A stretch of 64,000 bases of DNA from Lingula anatina (taxonomy: Eukaryota; Animalia; Brachiopoda): the NCBI GenBank assembly GCA_051362555.1, contig CM120645.1, positions 4,340,001 through 4,404,000 on the forward strand. The letters are read 5' to 3'. The notes under the pieces were generated by a model. It searched no databases. It was given only the letters and a program-made list of their open reading frames with translations, and was not told the origin of the DNA. The translations under genes and the position numbers were made by a program. The stretch's first letter is position 1, and each line of letters begins with the position of its first letter. Positions 39,048 through 51,217 of the stretch are shown piece by piece.

Positions 39048-40170
39048 GTGTGCCAGTGGTCTGTGGTGCTACGACCTTAAATTAAGAAAAGGTTACCCAA
39101 TAGTTCCACCAGATGGCTTCGACTTCAAGAATGCCTTTTGTGTCAAACTACCATCAACTACCACCAGCACCAACAGTCCGGTTCCGGTCGACCAACCTGA
39201 TCACCCTAAACTTCAGAATGACCAAGGAGACACTAATGAAATTGCAAACGACAGCGTTGTTATACAGATAGGGAATCACACCCATAACGGAACACTGGAC
39301 GAAATTACCGGCATGCCTAATGGCACAATAATGACGTCACTTCCTCTGAAGACAACACTGGTCACAAAAACCTCAGCAACTAAAGTTACGCCACAAAGCA
39401 AAGTGAATAAACAAGCATCACCCACCGTTGCAACGAAGAGCTTTAAAGTCCCATCCTCAAATAAAAAGACCACAACGATAAAACCACCAACTTCAGTAAC
39501 AACACCTTGGAAAGCAACAACCTCAAAGGTCAAGGAAACCACGGCAATGAAGCGCAAGTCGGGGTCAAGAGGCTGGTCTGTATTAGTAAGACTTTTGTCG
39601 GCACCTAAGAGAATTACATCCAGTACGACCGTCCCGGTGAAGGCTATTACCCCGACGTTCCGCGGTAACCATCTTAGTTCATCTACATCGAACTCGTCAT
39701 CGACCAGGCATACGGTACCATCACGGTCTTCTCTGACCAGCACTGTGTCTTCTACGGGTGTTGATGAAACGAAGACGACAAACACGCCACAATTTACGGC
39801 AAAGGGTTCTCCAATGCAAGCCAGATTTACCAGCACAAAAAAACCGACAAAGATCTCAGAGAAAGTTTCCGCAACTGCTAATGGAACAAGTGCCCTGGTA
39901 AGATCAACAACGGCGCCACCAAGTGATACAAGTCGACAACAGGGATCCAAGGACCAAATGACCAGCGAAAAACAAAGCGCCACCAGGGACAATCCCTTAC
40001 TAAGTCTTAATACAATGGACACCAAATACGTTCTGTTGCCAATGTCAATGTTCAAAGAGCAAGACAAGAAAAGCATGTTTGAAGTTATGTTTGGCAAAAC
40101 TTTGGATGAGTTTCTTGGAATTGATATTATGGTTCCTCAGGAGAGAAGCGATCTTGCAGAGACTGGCTGA
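39048..40170 (+). CDS. Perlustrin/IGFBP-domain secreted protein A, exon 2 (Cys10-12, Thr/Ser-rich stalk of about 295 aa, C-terminal module); total 449 aa
   Basis: ttgtcag acceptor, phase 2. CASGLWCYDLKLRKGYPIVPPDGFDFKNAFC completes 12 Cys and the frame runs unbroken into ORF 39313-40170. Confidence 0.88.
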
Positions 40171-41315
40171 GGTAGTATTGGGCATAAATGTTCAAGAAAT
40201 CAACATAACAGTGCCAGTATGATAAACTTTATTTCGGTACTGACAGCCACCAATTTCAGTATGCAATGTGACCTTTCTTCACCAACGAGGACATTCTATA
40301 TCTATGATATGTTTGTATCTGTTATCTTTCATTCGGTTTATGAAACTGGCGGTGACTTGTCGTATCAAAAAAGGATATTTTTGAAAGATATAACTCGAAA
40401 GATGTTGCAAAGAAGCTTTATCACAGTCGAATATAGCGACTGGTCGGTGCCAAGTACCATTATATAAACAAAAAGACTGCATATTTCGATTTTTATCGGA
40501 TGCCATAGCTGAACGTTCTGTATATGTCAGGGTAATCTTATTATAAACGTGTATGCGCAGTACTCTAACTACAGCCCCACAAATGTGATTGTTAGTTCTG
40601 CCTAACACTATGCCGGTGAGACTCAACATGCCTTAAAAAAGCATTAGAGTCAATTTAAGGATGTCATTCGATGTGATGTGTTGTTTAAATTGCTGTTCCA
40701 TCTGCGTGTACTTCTTTTCAAAAGTTAAAATGTATATATCTCTAAATTCAATCAAAAGCAAATTATTATATTGTGAGGAGGACTATTTAGTGATTATTTG
40801 AATTTTGCTGTATCTGATAATTTGTGAGTAGTTTATAGGTCTTTTGCTTTTTGCCCAGCGATCCATTGGTGTATCCATCATATTGATTTGCCTGGCATTC
40901 TTTCTAAAAACAGTTATTTTCTTAATAAATCGAGGGATTTTTATTTGCTTACCATGCCAAGGCTTTATATAGAAGTTTATCTTTTGGATGCCACAACAGA
41001 AATGATTGTGGGTGTTTTTCGTTTCAAGCACATTTTACCATTGCTTACAGTTACTTAATATTAAGATTACATATATGTTTTTAAACTAAACGTGTTCCGT
41101 GTGTTCAGATTTTAGGTACCTTAAAGACTATCTACAACTGGTTGTGTCGAGAGGTAACCGCAAAAACGACTCGACTTCGACAAGAAACCTTAATTACAAA
41201 AAAAAAAAAAAAAAAAGCACTCTTCATGGTGATACAGTTACCTTAGATCATGGTAGTAGCGAATCATACTGTCTGTGAAACTCACAAACTGTACCCACCC
41301 TACACACACACACAA

Positions 41316-41349
<34 letters not shown>

Positions 41350-44177
41350 CACGTTTGGTTACTCCACCCGTTTCCGTTTCCGTGTATCTAAAAATAGTGA
41401 AATTATTCAAATCCGTCGGTCTGATAGCATTTGGATGAATTCCTGATGCCCATTATGTAGACGGTTTCAAATGCTATACGTTATATTGCACGTAGCTGTG
41501 AAAGGCATTTGGCACTTCATCACGTGTTTTGAAACCGCAATGGCAGCTGGTACCAGGTAGGCATGAAAATGGCCGCCTAAGCACGTGCCCAAACACGCAT
41601 TAGAAATGGTAGTTGTCACAGACAAAGGTGCAATGATATCTGTAGCGTTAAATTTGACGTCACACTTAGTCTATCCACAAATATTTCATGAGCTGTTCAA
41701 CGCTATCGGTTTTGCCCATGCCACATTCTTAAGGCCTTAATTAGCGCCACGTTTTTACCCATCTAGAAAAAACAAATAGTTGTCGTAATTATGATAGTAC
41801 CTTTATTAGCAGCCAACCGCAGCACTAGTGCTCCTGTCCTATTAAATAATTTTTCTGGATTGACGAGTTACTTATCAACTATATTAATTTATTTACTGAT
41901 GTCCTTTAATAGGACCCTGGAATTGTGTTTCTGAACTCTATTGTCTTCCACTTTAATGCCCATTGTGTGAACGAAAAGAAGCCACAGCCACAGACTTATC
42001 AGCATTGATAAATATGCATATATACGAAAAAAATTGTTTAAGACAGAAAATCGGTAAAATACACCATGGACGCTTGGGAAATTGCTAACCTATTAAATAT
42101 AATTACATATGTTTAAATAAAAGTCCGTTGCAGTAACAGCCTGGACAAATGACTTGCCTCGTCTGGAATATCTCCAAATGTACTTCACTGGCCCCAGGGC
42201 AGAGATCTTATAATCACAAACAGGATGGTTTGGTGGTACTTTTTTGTGTATAAAACTACATACAAACATTTGTCCGCTGATTTATCTTTAAGGTGGCCTA
42301 ATTGGATACCCATATAAAGCACAATAATCTCGTTTTAGAACATCAATAACTGACAGTGCCTGGGACAGGGGATTTGAAAAACTCCCAGGCCTGCTCCAGG
42401 TCTGCTTTAATCAAGGTGCCATTTGAAAAACTTCAGCTATTTTCGAGATGCCGTACGGAATTACCAAAGATTGGCCGAATTTTCTGGCCATGACGCAAAA
42501 TGACTCCTTGATAACTTTTTTGCAGACTGACGGCATTCCGCGGCGTGTGAACCTGTTTTTGCGACACTTTCAGATTTCAAACATTATTTTTGGGATTCCT
42601 TATTATATCTTGTACGTTTATATTTGTATAAAGCGGAAAAATAGTTTGGTACGTGTCCATATGATAAAATGTGTATCACAAATTACATAAATTAAAACTG
42701 TATGTTTACATATTAAATCTATACATATCAGAACTGTATTAGCAAACTGTTTTCATTCCATGTTTTCATCTGGACTACGGACATGTCACTTTGAAGTAAA
42801 TGATCTACACGTGTACCTATGTTAAACGCACACCCAACAATAAGGAAAATGTAATTTCTTCTTGAGGAATAGATGTCAAGGACCTACCTTGCATACTTTG
42901 ACTGCATTCTTCAAAGTTGGGCGTTGCAAATTTATCAAAATAATTCTTACCTAAAAAGTAAATACATCTGTCCATTTTATCTGCCTATGATCCTCACTAC
43001 CCAATCACATACCTATTTACCAATCTATAAAATTTAAAGGAAGAAAATGTCGAGAATCTTCCCCCATACCACGCAAGCGTAATACCAGAAAACGTCCACA
43101 TTTTCCGAGGGTACCTTGGAGACGTACACCTAACAAGCCTTCAGGGTAGGAACTCGTTGAACCGAAAAAGAATCTGTGTGTGGCAGAAAATGGCTTCATT
43201 GTTTTTAAATAGACATTCTATTTGCTTTAAAAGTAAATAAACACCAGTAATGGTGTTGAGTAATGCGATTGTTTTAGCAAAACAATCTCCTTTTGCTTAT
43301 GCAAAGAGCACGCCAATGAAATATTTGACAGAAGTATTTTAAGGGGCCCAGGCTCGTTTTGAAAAATAAAATAGGTGTTTCAATTTAGTATTTGGGAAAT
43401 GTATCTTAAAAAGCAGGTTCTCCGAAACGTGAACGCCGGGGTGGAACTGCATTTGTGTTATGATGTCATTATTGTAGATGTTTAAATGACTTTTCTCTTC
43501 TAAAACAAGCTGACACGATTTACTTTGATTACTTTTGAAGGAGCTGAACATTTGGCAATATTGTTATTTGTTTGATCTGTTTGGGTCGTCTCCAAGCATT
43601 ATATTTCAAGATATATTTGTTCTATTTTAGAAAGACCCTACTTTGTCAATTATTTGATGGATGCGAGAGTGAGTGAGTGGGATTCAGTGTATAAACTAAT
43701 GCAAATTAATAGAACAGACCTGTTATATACCATATCTTTCATAATGCCCATTTTGTAAAATATCTCATTTGGCAGCGAATGTGCCTAGCTAGGGGCGACT
43801 CGATCATGCAATCGTGAAAGAAAGGTATAGAATGGACATATTACAATAATGCCGTTCTCTATCTTACATAACAACATGTCAGACTGGTATTACCTTTTAT
43901 GGTCTGAGACGTTATGTTTTCATATTTCATCCATTCTCTTCCTGGTTACGCGCCTACGTCATGAAAAAATCTCGAAGTCCACACGTCTGAATTCCACGCA
44001 TTCCGAACCAGGAATGTAGACAGGTCCTAAAATATCTTTCCATTATTAGCACTTGAATCACGTCTCGTTTCCAAAGACTCCTATAGCGCTGGTTGAGGAA
44101 ATACCGCACCTCATATTTATGTGGAATTATTCTCCCATTTGTGGATCACCACCCGAAGCTTAATGGCGCTCATCCCC

Positions 44178-44184
44178 TATATAA
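44178..44184 (+). promoter_or_regulatory. TATA box of gene B
   Basis: cccTATATAAg, about 290 bp upstream of the ATG at 44472, with an Inr-like atagtc about 25 bp downstream. Confidence 0.55.
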
Positions 44185-44471
44185 GTAAGGCGTTAGGCAA
44201 ACATAGTCAACCGACCACTGATTAGAGCACTTCAGCACTCAGAAAGCCAAAGACGACAGCCAGTCTGTTCTATTGAGAGGACTTTGAACATAGTTTACTT
44301 TTGTGAAACATCATCGAATACTTTCGTTTTTGTCAGATTTTGCATTATTTCTGGTACAGCAGAGAAACTGGCCTGAGCAGACATCGGTTTACAGCATTTG
44401 ACGTTTGAGACAGACGTTCCGACTGAAATTTTTTTCTTCAACACAATTTAACATTCGATTTTACAAGCAAG

Positions 44472-44686
44472 ATGGTTTCTGTCAAAGTTTTAGTTGGCCT
44501 CACGCTGGTGGTTCTAGCGTGTATCACCTCCCTGACGTCGGCTATGGGCTGCGGACTGCCCTGTTCCCAGCGCGTGCTATCCAAATGTATCCGACCCACG
44601 GGCTGCGAGCTGGCCAAACGACCGTGCGGATGCTGCCCGACTTGCGCGCTGAAAGAAGGGGACCTTTGTGGTGCTTGGACTTCATG
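44472..44686 (+). CDS. Perlustrin/IGFBP-domain secreted protein B, exon 1 (signal peptide plus Cys1-9)
   Basis: MVSVKVLVGLTLVVLACITSLTSA-MGCGLPC...RPCGCCPTCALKEGDLCGAWTS; donor TG|gtaagc, phase 2 at the same position as in gene A. Confidence 0.92.
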
Positions 44687-45515
44687 GTAAGCTGGCAGTT
44701 TTCTTTTGGTTTCGTATATCTAATAAGTTATGCGAACATGTTTTAGATTATTTTGTGGTTTGAGATCTAAATATCTGTAAAGTAAAACTGTGACTCCATT
44801 TTTGACAATTTCATTAAATAGCCTCCATAAGTTACTTATATAAAACATAAATAAGTTACTTATATAAATAAGTTACTTATATAAAAAACAAATGTCTTTT
44901 CAAATTAAATAGAATTATATGTTGATCATATTTTCAACAAACAAAACAGTTCTCAAGAAATAGACAATTATTTGACGTCAAGACTGCAATTACTCGTTAC
45001 TTTTACGTCCAATATTTCTTTATTAAACGCCGATAAAAAGTAACGGTTATGGATTCTTTAACTAAACTCCTTTCATAGTAACAATGTCATTAATATAACC
45101 GCTTAAATGAAAGGAATTTAAAGGTCGGTTTTGCTCACAAAATGTCCGTCGTACCGTGAAAGGGTTTGGCCAATTAATGAAGTGGGTAGAGTGACATTAT
45201 GCTATCTTCTAAGTAGGTCAAAACTTGTTGTTTTAAAATGTTTATTTCATTTCAAATCGTGTATGTAGAAAATATATGCGTATATTATTAATTTAAATAT
45301 GTATAGCATTCAATATTCTGAATCCCATCAGATCAGTCAGATGAGATCATTTGTCACAAAATGCTGGGTCATTATAATTTCGTTTGATTTTTAATATCTT
45401 TATCCATGACGGTAATGTGCCCATTTCTTCATATTTTTGATTAATTAAGCTTGCCCTTAACAAATAACTCAAGATCTAGATTTGTCAATAACGATTTTTG
45501 TTGTTTTTTCCACAG

Positions 45516-45714
45516 GTGCCAGAAAGGCCTATGGTGCTACAGTGGTATGATGCGACTGGGCTTTGAAAGGGTTCCACCCGAATTGTTCCAGTTCCGTGGC
45601 ATCTGCACCAAGAAGCCCGGCTATGAGACTCACCATAAACTGAACGACCCTACCAACCCCACCAGCGTCACCCACCAGGGCACCACTCTGCCCTCAGGCA
45701 TCACCTACGGCAAG
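45516..45714 (+). CDS. Protein B exon 2 (Cys10-12, start of stalk)
   Basis: ttccacag acceptor; CQKGLWCYSGMMRLGFERVPPELFQFRGIC...; donor AAG|gtaatt. Confidence 0.9.
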
Positions 45715-46056
45715 GTAATTATGACCCTTTTGTTATATTGTTTTAGGTAATCTCATTGTATGACTACAGTCACAGTCTGAGTACAGTGCACTGCAGGTCT
45801 TTGGTTTTTATTTTGCATAGTGCACAGCATGAAAACCGCTGAAGGTTCTAATTACCATATGCATAATTACATATTTAATAGATTGTCTGCAGAATAAACA
45901 GGTTCTCACCACGCAGGGACATCGAGATAATTGATCCATCTTTTGACTAAAATGAATATGCACACCTCCAATATATTTTCATTACTGTACCGCGAAGATA
46001 TAAAGAATAAATTTAAAATCCTTTTTTTATTATTTTGTTTTATTTTTTTCTTGTAG

Positions 46057-46362
46057 CTTAACCAAAGAAAGACCGAGGCTGCCACCACTACCACCACCAC
46101 ATTGCCAACCACAACCACCGTCACCACCACAACCACTACCAAGACCACGGCACCACCAGGCGCCACCACAAACTCCCACGCCAAGACAGGCACCCCAGCG
46201 TCTGACACCTTCATAGAATCGGGCCAGTTCCTACTGGTGCCTCTGTCACAGCTGAGAGAACCCAAGAGACAGGAGCTGTTTGCTCGCCTCTTTGGCAAGC
46301 CTCTCCATGAGTTCAAGTCTTTGAGGCTGTTGGTGCCGTCTGAAACGATCTCCAAAGAATAA
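46057..46362 (+). CDS. Protein B exon 3 (poly-Thr stalk plus C-terminal module); total 239 aa
   Basis: Long pyrimidine tract plus tag; LNQRKTEAATTTTTTLPTTTT...FLLVPLSQLREPKRQELFARLFGKPLHEFKSLRLLVPSETISKE-stop; AATAAA at 47115 and 47139. Confidence 0.88.
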   Translation, partial: LNQRKTEAATTTTTTLPTTTTVTTTTTTKTTAPPGATTNSHAKTGTPASDTFIESGQFLLVPLSQLREPKRQELFARLFGKPLHEFKSLRLLVPSETISKE

Positions 46363-47250
46363 GGAGTCCTGTGGACTTGTGTGACTTTCAATCATTCGTT
46401 ATCATTCATTCATTCACCCTGTTGCGGGGCATTTGTGGGTCGTTCTTAGAGATTGTGGCTGAGACGGTCAAAACTCATTGACAATCCGCCGCCTGTCCGT
46501 TCAAGCACAAGAAGTCTTTGAACTCTGATAGATTGAATCTTGAATGAAAATGACGTCAGATTGACGTCATATGACATCATCAAGTTGGGATATCGACCAC
46601 GTGACAGCTCACGAAATCGACATCTATTGACTTTCAAAAGTTTTCAATTTCAGATCAAGAGACATTATATCATTTGGCATTAATTGTGTTTGGGTTTTTT
46701 ATGCATTCATATTTTAAGGACACCGCTGGGCTTATGTTGCGACATAAAGCTTTGCAATGTTAACAATTTGAATATCACGTAGGATATTACTCGATGATTA
46801 AAACTGGGGTTCTTTTTCTTAGGTTTTCTGATTTAACGAATCTAAGCAAGAAACAAGAAGTGTTGCCACGGCATCAATGTAGGCGTAATTCATTCTGTAA
46901 ATTAAAATGATTGGTGAAACAACAGTGCTAAAAATTCATAGCGGGAAAGGTACGCATTCAATGTATGGATATCAAAAGAGAATCTTGAGCAACTGCCTCA
47001 ACGCTTGTAGTTAGGGTATTTCTTGGCAACTTGGAGAAAATTTTGGAATTTCCAGGAATTTTTTTTATAAAAGTAACTGTACAGTATGTAAATATTTAAT
47101 TTTTGTAAATTGTAAATAAATATAAGCCAAAATGTGTAAATAAACAGTTTATAGCGAATTTCACTCGCGTCAGTTGTTTTAGGACATAATTGTGCACATA
47201 GTTTTGCTAGATGTTATGTATGTTTTTAGTTCTGAAAAATGTGCGAAACT

Positions 47251-47284
<34 letters not shown>

Positions 47285-50200
47285 TTACAGTACTAAATGC
47301 GTACCTCTCAATGATGTTTAATTATAAAAGTGTAAATGAATTAAATTAACTGTTTCTGCAAACAAATGGAGTACCTAGACTGAATATTTGGCAATCATGA
47401 CGTATTCTTCTTTCATGAGGATATCATTGCATTAGTTGTACAGACAAATTGTAAGCACCATTGCGGTTGTTGAGAAGAAGCACATCCAGCACAACTGACA
47501 CATTGTGGTTCCTTGCCTTGAAAGCAGCTATTGCTCTTCACGCTATTTTACCCCAAATCCCCACCTGCCTCCAGAGAAAATCTCCAGCAAAATTAAAGGC
47601 CAATAGCGCGCTATATAGTCCCTTTGCCCAGATGCTGAGTGCGGTAATTCCTCAACAAATTTTCAATTATCCTAGTGCTGAATGATTATTGTTCCACCGA
47701 GTCCGTTAAGTTCTACACCGCATTAGAACGCAGAAAACCTGTTAATAATCTTGAGACTCATATCCGTTAACAGAGGGACGCGTGCCATAATGAACACGCA
47801 CCACCTTATACTCACACCAAGAGTTATGAAGTAGACTACATTATTTACATTCAAATGAGTCATCTAAACCGGCAAATGCTTGCAGGAGAGGCATTAGTCT
47901 ACGGCTGACTCAGGGTGAATATTAATGAAATACAAATGCAATAATACGAGAGAGAAAACGTCTGTTATGATTATTCACTTCAGTCAGACATGAAATGCAC
48001 TTTCATAGCTCTCACTTTTCATGACCCGATGCTCACAAAGATAATGATTCATTGGCAAGCTAGAGGACGTATAACGGCGGATTGTTTCTAAAAAAAGCAA
48101 TTGCCCCTTGTTTTTAATAGCACTATGTAACTTATATAAATACAAAAGATACCACTACATACATGCAAATCGATAAAGTTTGCAGTCAGAAAGCATCTTG
48201 TTCATTGAAGTAGATTTTATATCTATAGACATAAAGGTGGCCATATCTGATCATGACAAACGTTACACAGCTTTATTACGTACCAGTTCACGAAAACGAA
48301 AGTTATAAGACTAGTTTTCAAACTATGATCTATGAACAAGAGAGGTTTTATCGTTTTGCGGTAATTGCGATTAATATTATTTTGTCTTTATATCTTAAAA
48401 AAAGCCAAAATGCTTATTTTGTGACATAAACCCTTGCAATAGAAACAGAAGCGCAAACTCAAGTGCACTGAAGTTTATGATTTCAGTAGCCTTCGGAAAT
48501 GTTCAAGGGCACTGTCAGGATTAGCAAAAAAAGTCCTTATATACGCCTTACATAATTTTTTTGGATAATAGATAAATCTTAAGTGTTGACTGACTAAATT
48601 CCTTGGCATTTACACACACAGATTGCTATCTCACCTCAGAAGAAAGCTAAAGGCGATCAGTTTTTACAGTAATCGATTATTATCCGCCAGTGGTTCGCCT
48701 TCTTTACCTTTGAGGCTTGGACGAATTCAATGTGCATTTTCTAGGTTCAAGTTTAAATTTAGTGTACAACTGTATGATAACCTGTACTGTACCTACAGAA
48801 AATTTCATGTTGACTCCCCCTTGCCATACATGTGTATGATAAGCAATGCAGCAGTAGCCTAATGTCAACGTTTCGTGACCAAATACATATTCTTAATAGC
48901 ATCTTTAACAGTTGAATTGCAGAACATATTCTCCGTCTTGATATTATGTGTAGTCTTAGTATCGCACTATTTTGCGCAAATTGAGTAGATAAAAAGCGAG
49001 TATGGTGATTAGTTATTTGCGTGTGAATTGAAGTAGTAAGTCATCCTACATATCTGTCCAACTCTAAGATGGGGCATAGGTCATAAGTTGAGAAGAGTTA
49101 AACGGCCAACCGCGTGTTTAATCTCCATAAAAACACTGTCCAGAGCTTCTTATTTTATATAACTGGTCTATACTGACTGACAGCTTCCTCTCTCTGTCTC
49201 CTTCCCTCCTTCATTTATTTTATTTTATTTATTTAATTGTTTTGCTAAAACAAACTTTAAATATAGATCCTTTGCATATTCATATCTTTTTTTTTTTTAA
49301 TTTTGAAAGGTAACGGTTCCTTGACCAATGCTTTTCGTGAAAGACTCCACAATTTCACTTTTATGCATTTTGTATCGTGACTGGGGGCTCTGCAATTAGA
49401 AACAAGTGTTCGTAAATTGCTGTTTGTCACGTATATTAGATAAGGCCAAAATATACAGGCACTGTCCCCGCAGATAGGATCTCCTACCCCGTATGTTTTT
49501 TGGTGCTACACTGTAGACATGTGAAGGCGGCCCTGCTGCCATGTCGTACTTGTATGCTTTTGTCCTTGTTTTGGCGCTTTTTATGGTTTTTGGGAATTGT
49601 GATCGCCTTGGAAGGTAAGCGTTGATAAATATTAAATGACACCTAGACTATTACTTTCAAAACTAAAAAGAACGGAAGGAAGAAGGAAACAACTTACAAC
49701 AACTTACTTAGGTCAATAAGCAGACGACATCACTGTACGCTCAATTAGCAATAACAATCCTTTATATTTCTCCTTATCTCTGATTCTTATTATTCCAAAG
49801 ATTAACAGGAAGACAAATTTTTTATTTCAGATTCCGCCTTACCTATACTGTAACAGAGTTAACCCAGGCCCGGGGCGTGGGCAGGGTTGGTGGCTTTCCC
49901 CTGGAAGAGAGGTCTGGCAAAGTACACCGTGGTTAAGACGCCAAGTACAACTACTGAGACGAAAACGGAGGATATTATTGATAACAAACTATTGAGATGA
50001 AAATGTGGGATATTGCTGAACTTTTATTTACAAGTATTACCCAGAGAGCTGTAGCGAACGGTTGCTCACCAACTGCTCTCGTTGCTGAAAATAAAAAACA
50101 ATATTGCCAAGTTATTGCAACAGGAGGGAAACCCTGGGTCTTGAACTTCAGGGTTAATATTTCCAGAGAGGGGTCTGAGTTACGTTATGGATACCAAACA

Positions 50201-51169
50201 ACGTCAGCAATTTTAAATGCCCAGTTTCATGCTGAATATGTACAGAGATTAGGAATTTTTTGGACATCGATAAATGCTTGAAGTTCCTTTCTAGCTCCAG
50301 CTTAAATGTTTTGCCTAGTGCTGCCATCTGGCGTGTATTGCTTCAGTTACATAATCAGTTACGCAAGTAGGCCTACAGTTACATGGTCTATCAATCATGA
50401 ACAGTGACGCAACGGCTCACCTTATCCACCCTGCGTCTCATCCTGAGAATTTATTGAGGAACGAAAGCCTCACAGAGAGCCTCAAAGATCAGTAGCATGA
50501 TTCCCCAAATAACACCTCGCAGGGGGGAGGCAGACAGTGCACTGGCGGATCCAACATTTTTCTTTCCCTGTGTGAGTAGGGCAAGGATGAAAAATACAAA
50601 GCGAAGCGATGCATATTTAAACAAGAAATAAAGACAGATACCTGTAAATCTCAGGGATAGAATTTTTTTCTCGTTCATCTTGTTTCTTTAATTTGATACT
50701 GTTTTGTGGAGGATGAAGGGGTGCATTGCAAGCTAGGGGTTCTGGGGGTGTGAGCACGTGGCTCACTGCCCCCCCCCCTCCCCCCACCCTTTTATCCGGC
50801 TATGTGCGTGCGGGAGCTGGGGAGGGGGCGGAGTGAGATTTTTTTATCTACTTAATCCACCTGTGATCAATCAACCACCACTGACACCGTTAGAGAATGA
50901 AAGTAGAACTGATCGCGAGAATGATTGGATATTGACAGTTTGTTAGTTTATTTCCTATTATCTTGCCTTTTGAAATAAATGAAAACACAAAAACATACAC
51001 AGTCCCAAGCGCCTTCATATTTCACAAGCATTAATTAGCTGTCAAGGAAAAAACGAGATTGTATCGACCGCTATGAGATTAAATGCTGCAGGAGAAAGAT
51101 GAGCCGCGCATCCACACAAAATCACTACTTTTGGGATTAGATGAGGCTAAAAATAAATAAATGAATAGA

Positions 51170-51173
51170 AAAA

Positions 51174-51216
<43 letters not shown>

Positions 51217-51217
51217 A
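51170..51217. repeat. (AAAT)n microsatellite
   Basis: Direct reading. Confidence 0.9.

Noticed and set aside
39276-40097. 273-aa minus-strand ORF rich in Val
   Set aside because: Antisense shadow of the Thr-rich codons (ACN) of gene A exon 2.
44828-44885. Three copies of ataagttacttatataaa in gene B intron 1
   Set aside because: Ordinary short slippage duplication with no further structure.
45906-46391. 161-aa minus-strand ORF with poly-Val
   Set aside because: Antisense shadow of the poly-Thr exon of gene B.
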